Source: Actinomycetes bacterium
Lineage (GTDB): Bacteria > Actinomycetota > Aquicultoria > UBA3085 > Oleimmundimicrobiaceae
Reading direction: 5' to 3'
Assembly: GCA_030614255.1 (NCBI GenBank)
Contig: JAUWKI010000004.1
Coordinates: 4 to 64,003, forward strand
DNA: 64,000 nt
Part shown: positions 1-8,912 of the stretch, in pieces
Position numbering within the stretch: position 1 is the stretch's first letter
How the letters are laid out: the number at the start of each line of letters is the position of its first letter
The notes under the pieces: model-generated
The model's input: only the letters and a program-made list of their open reading frames with translations
The model's database searches: none
What the model was told of the DNA's origin: nothing
Program-made: the position numbers and the translations under genes

Positions 1-112
1 TCTGCCATCAGCCATCAGCCAAATAGTTTCTTAGTCGGGAGTTTGTTGGTTTTTTCCTTTACCCTCTCAACTTTCTATCAGCCATAAGCTATCTGCCATC
101 AGCCATCAGCCA
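1..112. repeat. Interspersed repeat copy: (CAGCCAT)n heptads plus a TAGTCGG...GTTTGTTGG module
   Basis: tctgccatcagccatcagcc at 1-20 and ctgccatcagccatcagccatcagcc at 85-110. Related to the copies listed below. Confidence 0.6.
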
Positions 113-1171
113 TCAGCCAAAATATTTCTTTCTCAAGACCGAAGAAAGCTCCGAAGTTAATCTGATGCTCTTTTTCGCCAATTCTTCCGGCATCGAACCG
201 GTACCACAATTTGGCGTGATTAAACTTGCCTCAAGGAGTTTTGTTTTATCTATCCCTTTGTCGACCAACAACCCAATTTTCTCTTCAAATCTGTCAAGAA
301 TACCGTCTAAGGTTTTGCTTGCTATCGCATCAGGACTTGGATAAGTAGATGGAACTATCCCCCACGCAAGAATTCCGTCTCTATTTAAAAATTCATTCAG
401 TTCCTTTGGGTAGAGCGCCACACTTTCGGTATGGTCATACGCATCAAAACTTATAATATCAACAGCAGTTTCCATTAAAATGCTCCAGTCGGTGCGACCG
501 CAACAATGAACACCACAAAGGCCTCCGACCGCATGGAAACACTCATTCAAATAGGATATGACTTCATCTTTATTCAATTTTATATAGGCTGAACCGTAAG
601 ACTGAAGATACGGCTCATCAAAGAAGATGACTGTTTTCACATCGGGGGACAACTTCTTAAATTGTCTCTCTTGCCATTTCGCCTTCATCGTGAGCGTCTT
701 TATGATAGCGTCTCTCAAGAAGTCATTGTAGAGAACCGCTTGTTTGTTTTGGTCGGTAACCGTTAAACCAAAGCTAATCGGACCAATTAGTTGACCTTTA
801 AGTAAAATCAAGTTGCTCGGCAGATTTTTTTCCAATATGCCAATCATGGTATGAAATCCTTGAGCATAATCCTTAGATATTCCGAAATAATTTAGATCTT
901 CAGCCAAGAACCTGTCATAGAATTTCTCAAGCTCCCAAGCCAAATTTTCTCTTGCTTCCACATGAATTTTCTTTTTCTCTTCATCTATTCTTACGCCAGG
1001 CATACCCTCCGAAACTTGAACGCACATGTTCTCCTTAAAAGAAAGGTTGGGAAGTTGTGGCCACGCCGGTATCTGTGGAGTATTCTTTAGAACAACTTCA
1101 CAAGCTTCGGTTGCATCTATCTGTGGCATGCTTCCGATTGTCATCGGGAGACAACGCGGTTTAAACTTCAT
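113..1171 (-). CDS. Core-MetE-like methyltransferase (Meth_synt_2 / cobalamin-independent methionine synthase C-terminal-domain family, ~350 aa short form)
   Basis: N-terminal LPMTIGSMPQ closely matches the MetE C-terminal-domain signature LPTTTIGSFPQT. A candidate His/Cys metal motif (GVHCCG) is present. Length fits short core-MetE proteins. The gene sits at the 3' end of the hdrCB operon. Confidence 0.55.
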   Translation of the reverse strand: MKFKPRCLPMTIGSMPQIDATEACEVVLKNTPQIPAWPQLPNLSFKENMCVQVSEGMPGVRIDEEKKKIHVEARENLAWELEKFYDRFLAEDLNYFGISKDYAQGFHTMIGILEKNLPSNLILLKGQLIGPISFGLTVTDQNKQAVLYNDFLRDAIIKTLTMKAKWQERQFKKLSPDVKTVIFFDEPYLQSYGSAYIKLNKDEVISYLNECFHAVGGLCGVHCCGRTDWSILMETAVDIISFDAYDHTESVALYPKELNEFLNRDGILAWGIVPSTYPSPDAIASKTLDGILDRFEEKIGLLVDKGIDKTKLLEASLITPNCGTGSMPEELAKKSIRLTSELSSVLRKKYFG

Positions 1172-2044
1172 CTACAAAATTCCCTTCTTTGTCAGGATTG
1201 GAAAAGGATCGACCATAAGACGCTTTAAGCCAACGTCTTCGGGACTCGCTCCCAAAGCAAGACCCATGAGCTGAGTAAAATATACCACCGGTATATCATA
1301 TTCGACGTTATATTTTTTCTCAATCTCTCCCTGTCTAGCATCAAGATTCGTTTGGCAAAGCGGGCAAGCCACCACAACCAAATCTACACCAAGCTTCTTT
1401 ATCTCCTCTAATAAATCATGACAAAGCTTGATGACAACATCCGTTCGACTAAGAGCAAAGCTTACACCACAACACTCGGTCTTATAGGGCCAATCGAGAC
1501 TTTCTGCACCTAGAGCTTTCACTATGTTGTCAAGACTCTCTGGGTCCTCAACCACATCAAAATCGGCAACTTTTGGTGGCCGAGTAAGCATGCAGCCGTA
1601 ATAACAAGCTATCTTCAGCCCTTTTAACGGCTTCTTTACAGCTTCCTTTATCCTTTTTAAACCAACTTCCTTCGTGAAAAATTCAACGATATTAAAGACT
1701 TCGACTTCACCATCATATTTCTTGCCGACAACACCTTCGGTCTTCGCTTTCAACTTCTCATCTTCCTCAATCTCCCTTATCGCGGTCTTTAGCCGCCAGG
1801 CACAAGCGATACACGGAGCCAGCAACCTCTTAAAACCAGCCTTATGAGTCGATATCAGTGTATGTAGGGGTAAAGCCGTCGCAAGTAGATGCGAGGTGTT
1901 GTGAGCCGACGAGGCACCACAACAAATCCAATCCTCAAGTTCTTCTATGTCAAGATTGAGGATATTGCAAACAGCGTCTATAGATTCTCCAAACTCTTTA
2001 GCTGTTCCGTCATATGAACATCCGGGATACAAACCATACTTCAT
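1172..2044 (-). CDS. hdrB: Heterodisulfide reductase subunit B-like (two CCG domains)
   Basis: Two CCG motifs (WICCGASSAH, TECCGVSF) plus ACPLCQ. Translationally abutted to hdrC. Confidence 0.8.
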   Translation of the reverse strand: MKYGLYPGCSYDGTAKEFGESIDAVCNILNLDIEELEDWICCGASSAHNTSHLLATALPLHTLISTHKAGFKRLLAPCIACAWRLKTAIREIEEDEKLKAKTEGVVGKKYDGEVEVFNIVEFFTKEVGLKRIKEAVKKPLKGLKIACYYGCMLTRPPKVADFDVVEDPESLDNIVKALGAESLDWPYKTECCGVSFALSRTDVVIKLCHDLLEEIKKLGVDLVVVACPLCQTNLDARQGEIEKKYNVEYDIPVVYFTQLMGLALGASPEDVGLKRLMVDPFPILTKKGIL

Positions 2045-2595
2045 TTTGACTCCAACTCTTTCACGTTGTTAAAAATTCTTCGCACCTCGTTTATGTTCTC
2101 CGCCTTGCGAGGCAAGAGACCGAACTTCCCCTTGAAGAACAGATGTAATCCCATCACCATATCCTTCGTGATTTGCTTGGTCTTAAGCTTAATTAGTGCC
2201 ACCAAACCAATTTCGTAGATACGTCCAAACCGTTCCACAAGGGAGAGAAAAGAACTGTTGAAAGCTGCTATTTCAGGCACGGGATTCTCATAACCTTCGC
2301 GCTCTGCAATTATTCGCGCGGCATCGGCTATCTTAACAAAGTCGAGACTCTGTGGGCAACGTGTCATGCATGTTTGGCATGAAAGACAAAGCCATATCGA
2401 CTGGTCTTTCAAGACCAAATCCTTCTGCCCCAACTGCATAGCTCTGATTAGTTGATGTGGCTTATACCTCATTGCGTATGCGGTAGGGCAACCAAGCGCA
2501 CACTTCTTGCATTGATAACACGAATAAACGTCCTCGCCACACTCTTTATTTATTTGTTCCGCGAAAATTGTATTCACTTTCAAAATCTCTCTCAT
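2041..2595 (-). CDS. hdrC: Heterodisulfide reductase subunit C-like, 2x[4Fe-4S]
   Basis: CYQCKKCALGCP and CLSCQTCMTRCP ferredoxin motifs. 4-nt overlap with hdrB. Confidence 0.8.
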   Translation of the reverse strand: MREILKVNTIFAEQINKECGEDVYSCYQCKKCALGCPTAYAMRYKPHQLIRAMQLGQKDLVLKDQSIWLCLSCQTCMTRCPQSLDFVKIADAARIIAEREGYENPVPEIAAFNSSFLSLVERFGRIYEIGLVALIKLKTKQITKDMVMGLHLFFKGKFGLLPRKAENINEVRRIFNNVKELESK

Positions 2596-2608
2596 TGAGA
2601 AACTCCTT

Positions 2609-2752
2609 TAGTCGGGTGTCTGTTAGTCGGTAGTGGAGAGTTTGTTAGTTTGTTGGATGGTTTGTTTGTTTTTCCGACTCTAAGCCCTCCACTCTAAGCT
2701 CTGTACACTCTTCACTTTTAACTATTAGCCATCTGCCATACGCCATCAGCCG
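2609..2752. repeat. Interspersed repeat copy (AGTCGG-TAG module + CCATCTGCCATACGCCATCAGCC module) in the metF-hdrC gap
   Basis: tagtcgggtgtctgttagtcggtag ... gccatctgccatacgccatcagcc. Confidence 0.6.
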
Positions 2753-3672
2753 ATTTTTGGCCTTGGCAAAAGTCCTGCTTTCTCAACTATCTCAGGCACA
2801 ACTTCCTCCCACTCGATAGCCATGACATGCACACCCGCTACACCTTTTATCTCTTTAACCTGGTTGATAACATCTACGCAGATATTTATACCTTCTTCCT
2901 TGGCTCTCTCTTTCCCGACAGCAGTCATCCTATTGATAACTTCGTCGGGAACATCCATGCCGGGCACATTGTTCTTCATATACCTGGCCATACCAACAGA
3001 TTTCAAAGGAGCAACCCCAGCAAGTATGTAAACTTTTTTATCTAAACCGAGCTCCCGAACCAGCTCCATCCATTTGGCAAACTTTTCAACGTTATAAACG
3101 ATTTGCGTCTGAACAAAGTCAATACCGGCGGTCACCTTCTTGGCAAGCATTAGCACCCTCAATTCAACCGGGTCAGCAAAGGGGCTTTCAGCTGCCCCTA
3201 TAAAGAAACGCGGCTCCACCTTTATCTCCTCGCCACATTGAAATACCTTTTCATCCCTCATATCTTTAACCATTTTGATAAGTTGAATCGAGTCAAGGTC
3301 AAAAACATTTTTCGACTGAGGATGGTTGCCAAATTTTTGGTGGTCCCCGGTAAGACAAAGAAGATTTTTTACCCCTAGAGCAGAGGCCCCCAAAAGATCA
3401 CTCTGTATCGCTATCCGATTTCTGTCTCGACAGGTCATCTGAGCTATTGGTTCAAGACCTTTTGAAATCAACATCGCCGCCGTGGCAATTGAAGACATCC
3501 TAACTATCGCCGTTTGGCAGTCGGTTATGTTTACAGCATCGGCACAGCCCTTTAAAATATCAGCTTTCTTGTAAACAACCTCGGCATCGGCACTCTTAGG
3601 GGGACCGAGTTCGGCAGTTACGGCAAATTTTCCGGCACTTAAAATTTTCTCAAGATTGCTTCCCGATTTCAC
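2746..3672 (-). CDS. metF: Methylenetetrahydrofolate reductase
   Basis: AVTAELGPPKS and other MTHFR signature regions. Coupled to metV. Confidence 0.85.
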   Translation of the reverse strand: MKSGSNLEKILSAGKFAVTAELGPPKSADAEVVYKKADILKGCADAVNITDCQTAIVRMSSIATAAMLISKGLEPIAQMTCRDRNRIAIQSDLLGASALGVKNLLCLTGDHQKFGNHPQSKNVFDLDSIQLIKMVKDMRDEKVFQCGEEIKVEPRFFIGAAESPFADPVELRVLMLAKKVTAGIDFVQTQIVYNVEKFAKWMELVRELGLDKKVYILAGVAPLKSVGMARYMKNNVPGMDVPDEVINRMTAVGKERAKEEGINICVDVINQVKEIKGVAGVHVMAIEWEEVVPEIVEKAGLLPRPKIG

Positions 3673-4337
3673 AGTTTCATGTCCTCCCTCACTATTTTTC
3701 TCGGACCACCATCTCGACCTGTTGACCAGTCTTTTGCGGGAGAAATCTTGGTTAAATTATCGAGCTTGCCGAGCACTTTTAATCTATCGTAGATGAGTTG
3801 CCAACCACAATCCACTTCGGGGTCAATTTCACACTTGCCATCTTGAGCGCCGCCGCAAGGACCGTTCAAAAGACTTTTTGAACATCTGACAATGGGACAA
3901 ATGCCACCGGTCTTATCGAGCACACAGTTTCCACACGCCCCACATCTTTCAGACCAAACTCCCTGCTCCTCAGGCAAACCCAAAAAAGTGGTGTTAACTG
4001 CAGGGTATACTACGGCCTCAGGATAACGCTCCACAAGCGTTTGAACGCCAATTCCGCAGGCCATCGAGAGAACTGTGTCAGAAACCTTAATCTTATCTTT
4101 TAACTCATCGACAAATTCCCATTCACACTGGCGAAGAGGCGTATGCTCTTGTATCTCAATCGGTTTTCCTTCTCTGTTCCGCGCCATCCTAATTGCGGAT
4201 GCAAGGATGCTTACTTCTTTATCTCCACCCGCCATACAGATGGCAACACAAGTGCCGCACCCAGCAATAAGAATTTTGTCATGTTCGCCAATCATGTCTA
4301 AAATCTCTTGTATCGGTTTTCTTTCTCCGATAATCAT
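3669..4337 (-). CDS. metV: MetV-like Fe-S / zinc-finger subunit of the MTHFR complex
   Basis: ~220 aa, Cys-rich (AGCGTCVAICMAGG; CGACGNC; CGWQ). Position between mvhD and metF, as in acetogen metFV-hdrABC-mvhD clusters. Confidence 0.65.
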   Translation of the reverse strand: MIIGERKPIQEILDMIGEHDKILIAGCGTCVAICMAGGDKEVSILASAIRMARNREGKPIEIQEHTPLRQCEWEFVDELKDKIKVSDTVLSMACGIGVQTLVERYPEAVVYPAVNTTFLGLPEEQGVWSERCGACGNCVLDKTGGICPIVRCSKSLLNGPCGGAQDGKCEIDPEVDCGWQLIYDRLKVLGKLDNLTKISPAKDWSTGRDGGPRKIVREDMKL

Positions 4338-4753
4338 AACTCTTTCCTCCCGGCGTTGGGTCCTAAATCTTTTAAGTTCTTGTAAAAAACGCGTAGGGTT
4401 CGTGCAAACTTAACCCCGTTAGAGGGTGCTAAAAAGTACATCTGGACTCTCTCTTTTTCGATGCCGATTTCCCTCAAAATTTTACTTATGTAAGTTACTT
4501 TTGCCTCTGTTCTTAAGTTTCCTCTCAAAAACTGGCAGGCTTCCTTGTGACAAGCAAAAATTGCGACACCATCGCCCTCTTCCAGCGCTCTCATTATGTG
4601 GATGGCTTCCACCTTGCCTGAACAAGGGATTTTTATTATGTTTACTCCTTCTGGATAAACAAATTCGGACTCGACCGCCATATCGGCTGATGGTAGCCCC
4701 GAGTGCTCGCAACAGAAAGCGGTTATTTTTGGCTCAAAATCCCTCTTCATCAA
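4334..4753 (-). CDS. mvhD: Methyl-viologen-reducing hydrogenase delta subunit (MvhD)-like electron-transfer protein
   Basis: 139 aa with FCCEHSG...PCSGKV...ACHKEAC cysteine pattern typical of MvhD. 4-nt overlaps on both sides. Confidence 0.75.
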   Translation of the reverse strand: MMKRDFEPKITAFCCEHSGLPSADMAVESEFVYPEGVNIIKIPCSGKVEAIHIMRALEEGDGVAIFACHKEACQFLRGNLRTEAKVTYISKILREIGIEKERVQMYFLAPSNGVKFARTLRVFYKNLKDLGPNAGRKEL

Positions 4754-6375
4754 CCCGCTTCACCTACCACATCATTTAATTGCCCGATGATTTGAGCATT
4801 GGTATAAAGCGGAAGTTCTATGGCCACAACCGGGCATTCGCTTACACATATCCCACATGACTGACAGGCCAGCGGTATCACCTTTGCCGTCTCTTCTTCT
4901 TGGTCAACAACTATTGCTCTATGAGGACATGTTCTAATACAAGTAAGACAAAGAATGCACTTATCCGAATCTATCTTTGCGGATGTTAAATCCAGTTCAA
5001 TTTCTTCCTTTGATAAAAACGAGAAAATCTCTGCTGCCGTTGCTCTCGCTTCCGAGAGTGTTTCATTTATATTTTGTGGTAGACGACAACCTCCAACAAA
5101 AAATATCCCTCGTCTGGATGAAAATGTGGGCAAAAGCTTCACGTTATCGCTCTGGAAAAAGCCCTTAGAATCGAGATCGACCGAGAGCGATTCGGCTAAA
5201 GCATTGGAACCTCTGCCAGGCATTATCTTCTCATTTACAACCAACAAATCGCTTTCAAAAACTAACTTTTCATGGGGGTAATCTTCATTTATCAAAGAAG
5301 TTTTAACAATTTCGTCAGAGAAGGCAATCTTTGGCTTCTTTGTATATTTAAAGAACAAAACACCGGCTTCTTGAGCTTTCTCATACAGCTTCTCTCCGCC
5401 ATCAAATGAAACCTTCAAATCTCTGCATAGACAGATTACGTCCGAGCCAAATTTTTCTTTAACGGCTAAAGCTTGCTTCAAAAGAACTTGTGTCGATATC
5501 TTTAAATCCTCATCAACCAAATCGATTAAAAAGCAGACACGCTGAGGCACATCTTTACTCAAAGATAGTCTGTTTTCCAAATCTTTCTGCCCTATGGCTA
5601 AAGAGCCGGAGCTTTCATCAAGTTCTTGAATAGGCAAAATTAGCTCATTGCCAGTTGCGACAACAACCGCTCCAACTTCAAATATCAATTTTTGTTCGCC
5701 TTCAACTCTAGCCGTAAACCTTCCCACGTGGCCATCCAAATCAACTAAATGCGAGGAATTAATAACCCTTACCTTTTTCTCGTTAACCAGAGCTTCAATT
5801 TTGCTCTTTACAAGACCTTTTAAATTTTCAACCGCAACAGCCCCGCCGCCAAGGTGAGAGGTTTCTTCTATTAAAATTACATCCAAACCACCCTCGGTAA
5901 GAGTAAGCGCTGTTTCGATTCCGGCGATGCCCCCTCCAAGAACGAGAACTTTTTGATTTAACAAAACTTTTTGAGTTCCAATGATCTCCTGCATTTCAAT
6001 CCATTTCGCTGCCTGAGTCACTAAATTAATGGCCTTTTCTGTAGCTTTCTTTTTCTCCTTATAACCAATTGCTTCATTAAGATTGACAAAGTTCACCCAG
6101 TAAGGGCTCAAGCCCACTTTTTTTAAAGAGTTTTTAAAAATTTGTTCTTTTGAGCGGGAATCGCAACCGGCAATCACCACCTTGAGCATCTCGTTATCCT
6201 TTAAATATTTTTCAAAATCGCTCATCGCTTCATTAAAGTGCGAGGCAGGGCTCTCAAAGCAAACGAATCCCAGGCCCTCGAGTTTTGAGCATACTTCACT
6301 GATACTTAAAACGTTCTTAAGCTTACTTTCACAGTCATAAATAAATATGCCTATTTTGGAAACTTCTCTTTTCAT
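4750..6375 (-). CDS. HdrA-like FAD/NAD(P)-binding oxidoreductase with C-terminal 2x[4Fe-4S] ferredoxin domain (second HdrA-like gene)
   Basis: GGGIAGIETA dinucleotide-binding motif. C-terminal CILCLTCIRTCP and CQSCGICVSECP. ATGA overlap with the upstream hdrA-like gene. Confidence 0.65.
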   Translation of the reverse strand: MKREVSKIGIFIYDCESKLKNVLSISEVCSKLEGLGFVCFESPASHFNEAMSDFEKYLKDNEMLKVVIAGCDSRSKEQIFKNSLKKVGLSPYWVNFVNLNEAIGYKEKKKATEKAINLVTQAAKWIEMQEIIGTQKVLLNQKVLVLGGGIAGIETALTLTEGGLDVILIEETSHLGGGAVAVENLKGLVKSKIEALVNEKKVRVINSSHLVDLDGHVGRFTARVEGEQKLIFEVGAVVVATGNELILPIQELDESSGSLAIGQKDLENRLSLSKDVPQRVCFLIDLVDEDLKISTQVLLKQALAVKEKFGSDVICLCRDLKVSFDGGEKLYEKAQEAGVLFFKYTKKPKIAFSDEIVKTSLINEDYPHEKLVFESDLLVVNEKIMPGRGSNALAESLSVDLDSKGFFQSDNVKLLPTFSSRRGIFFVGGCRLPQNINETLSEARATAAEIFSFLSKEEIELDLTSAKIDSDKCILCLTCIRTCPHRAIVVDQEEETAKVIPLACQSCGICVSECPVVAIELPLYTNAQIIGQLNDVVGEAG

Positions 6376-7442
6376 TGCTCCCTCAACATCTTTACAACTT
6401 CCGCCGCTGCCGCTCTTCCATGAGCCATAGACTCCTCAATGTCTTTCGGTCCCTGACAAGCTCCGGCAAGAAAAATACCGGGAGTGTTTGAAAGGTTTGT
6501 GCTTTGCTTTAGTCCTTTAAAAAAGTTGTGCTCATCGAGGTCAACTTTGAAAGTATTGGCTAAAAATTTCACATCATTCTGAGGAGACATCCCAACGGAC
6601 AGAACTATGAGGTCAAATTCGTCTTGAACGACCTCGCCCGTATTGTTATTTAAATTATTTACGCGCATAAAATCTGAATCGGCGTATCCATAAATCTTGG
6701 AGGGTAGATTTCTCACAAATTTTATTCCCATCTCTTCGCAGCTCTCGCGAAGTTTTAAAAAATCTTTTCCGGTGGGCTGAACGTCCATATAAAAAATTGT
6801 GATATCTGATTCAGGAATCTCCGATTTTACAAGCTTTGAAAGTTTTAGCGCATAAGAACAACAGACTTTGGAACAGTATCCCTTGCCAATACTTTCATCC
6901 CTACTCCCAACGCATTGAAAGAAAGTAATTTTTTCCGGAGCTGAACCATCCGTAGGTCGTGAAATTGCTCCGTTTGCGCGGATAGCCCTCTCAAAATCCG
7001 ATGCGGTAATAACGTTCTTGTACTTACCGTATCCATATTCCTTCTTCTCTTCCGCATTAAAAGGCATGAAGCCAGTCGCGATGACAATTGCTCCAATCTT
7101 TAACACCGACTCTTTAAAGAGCGACTCCTCTCCGCCAGCTTGAGAAATTCGCAGTTCAAAATCTCCAGGTTTACCCGAAAAAGACATCACCTCAGAGCCG
7201 GTTAAAACCCTTATCTTAGGATGTTGAGAAGCTTTTAAGACGAGCTCATCGGCAACACATACAAGGCACTTACTGCACTTGTCTGTAGCTTTGCAAGCGA
7301 AACTTGTTGCATGTCCACCCAGCTGAACATCTCTTTCAATTATGTGAACCATAAAACCTATATCGGTCAAAGCCACAGCCGCGCTTATGCCAGCAACACC
7401 ACCGCCGATGATGGCCACTTCTTTTGAGTTCATGTCGCCCAT
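6372..7442 (-). CDS. hdrA: HdrA-like FAD-dependent oxidoreductase (thioredoxin-reductase fold with Cys-rich inserts)
   Basis: IIGGGVAGISAA FAD motif. CKATDKCSKCLVC and CVGSRDESIGKGYCSKVCC cysteine clusters typical of HdrA. Confidence 0.7.
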   Translation of the reverse strand: MGDMNSKEVAIIGGGVAGISAAVALTDIGFMVHIIERDVQLGGHATSFACKATDKCSKCLVCVADELVLKASQHPKIRVLTGSEVMSFSGKPGDFELRISQAGGEESLFKESVLKIGAIVIATGFMPFNAEEKKEYGYGKYKNVITASDFERAIRANGAISRPTDGSAPEKITFFQCVGSRDESIGKGYCSKVCCSYALKLSKLVKSEIPESDITIFYMDVQPTGKDFLKLRESCEEMGIKFVRNLPSKIYGYADSDFMRVNNLNNNTGEVVQDEFDLIVLSVGMSPQNDVKFLANTFKVDLDEHNFFKGLKQSTNLSNTPGIFLAGACQGPKDIEESMAHGRAAAAEVVKMLREQ

Positions 7443-7462
7443 TCCTTTTAGATTTATTGGGA

Positions 7463-8806
7463 TTAAGCGCTCCAGTTTTTAAGATAAGATGGTATGTCCC
7501 CGGCTTCTCGCGGACCAACTTGTATTTCCCAATCGGGAAGTTCTTCTTCCAGCTCGCCACTTATCTGAGCCACATATCCCGGGATTACCATCTTGCGATG
7601 TTTAACTTTGTCGGTAATTCCACAACGCTTCATGAATGGGCCAATATTTTCAGGTATAAACTTACCAGCAGCCCAAGCAGTTAAAACTGATAGTCCCTCC
7701 ACATCCATTATGCAAATCCAGGACGGAATCTTACTCGCCTCCACTTCACCTGAAACGGTGAAGTAAGTTAAGGAAAAGTTTGTAGTAAGAAGCACGGGTG
7801 AATTTTCATCTGGCTCCCCGACGGGATAAATCCCTTCATCAACCTGCATTGGCTTCTGCGGATCGGTATAGATATTTTGGCGTAAAACATATAAGGGAAA
7901 CGCCTTCCATGGTTCAAGATCGCTTACGACAATAACTCCCGCATACTTCATTATGCCAACGCCAGCGGCCACCGCTTCCATGTAAGGATCGTCATACATC
8001 TCGCAAGGAAACGTGATGATTGGGTAACCGAGTGGTTTGTATTTTTTCTTAAGAGCCGCACGTCTTATGAAGGTTGCATCCCTTAAGCTATCCCTTATAT
8101 TCCTTGAGCCAGGGTCTAACACTATATCTTTAATCCCCTTGGCGGTTACTTTTTCCACTAAGTCCGAAAGCATGCTCAGATCTTTGGCAACAACCGCCAG
8201 CGGACAATTACTTTCTTTGGCAAAAGCAGTCATCTGCTCAAAATTGCTCTCATTGGCCGCATAAATAAGTGGCTTAGTTTGAGCACAAACAGAAAGAGCA
8301 GCTTTCATCATCTCAGGATTATCTGTGATTAGCACCAAAGGAAAACCGGTCTCCACGGCTCCCTTAACTAACTCGGTAAACTTAGTCGAATCATTTGAAG
8401 ATGACTTAACAGCCACCAAGTCGGCTCGAAGAAACTGGCCCACCCTTTCAAATTGGGAGTTCTTCAACTGGGCAAATTTTTCATCAATTTTCGCCTTATC
8501 CATTCCATCATCTACAAGAACAGCCAGACCCGGTTGGTGGTAGAAAGTCTTCTCGTGACGAAAGAGCACCGCCTCCTCACCAATTTTAAGAGCTTTATCC
8601 CCAACACCTATGGTCACAAGACGTATGGGTGGGGCCGAAGCCTCGGTTAGCTCAGTCTTTGCTTCCTCTGAAACGTAAGGGCATGCATCCAGCTGCGCTT
8701 GTCCTGCCACAAGTTTCATAGCAAAAGCAAGACAGGTAGGTATCCCGCATTCGCCACAATTTTTTTGAGGTAGTTTTTTGTAAATATCAAGTCCAGTTAA
8801 CGCCAT
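7463..8806 (-). CDS. acsC: Corrinoid iron-sulfur protein large subunit (CFeSP gamma, AcsC/CdhE)
   Basis: N-terminal CGECGIPTCLAFAMKL [4Fe-4S] motif. 447 aa. Adjacent to acsB. Confidence 0.9.
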   Translation of the reverse strand: MALTGLDIYKKLPQKNCGECGIPTCLAFAMKLVAGQAQLDACPYVSEEAKTELTEASAPPIRLVTIGVGDKALKIGEEAVLFRHEKTFYHQPGLAVLVDDGMDKAKIDEKFAQLKNSQFERVGQFLRADLVAVKSSSNDSTKFTELVKGAVETGFPLVLITDNPEMMKAALSVCAQTKPLIYAANESNFEQMTAFAKESNCPLAVVAKDLSMLSDLVEKVTAKGIKDIVLDPGSRNIRDSLRDATFIRRAALKKKYKPLGYPIITFPCEMYDDPYMEAVAAGVGIMKYAGVIVVSDLEPWKAFPLYVLRQNIYTDPQKPMQVDEGIYPVGEPDENSPVLLTTNFSLTYFTVSGEVEASKIPSWICIMDVEGLSVLTAWAAGKFIPENIGPFMKRCGITDKVKHRKMVIPGYVAQISGELEEELPDWEIQVGPREAGDIPSYLKNWSA

Positions 8807-8820
8807 ATAAAAAAATCTCC

Positions 8821-8912
8821 TTTCAGTCGATTTTAGCTACCAGCTATCAGTCGTCAGCTTCCAGGCGATACGCAATACTGCTGGCCCCTGGTGACTGGAT
8901 GCTGGGGGCTGA
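8821..8912. repeat. Interspersed repeat copy (CTACCAGCTATCAGTCGTCAGC variant) in the acsB-acsC gap
   Basis: Heptad-like CAGC-AT-CAG units matching the 1-112 and 2724-2752 modules. Confidence 0.5.

Noticed and set aside
113-1171. AcsE (methyl-THF:CFeSP methyltransferase) identity for the first gene
   Set aside because: No pterin-binding (DHPS-like) signature. The N-terminus matches the MetE C-terminal-domain motif instead.
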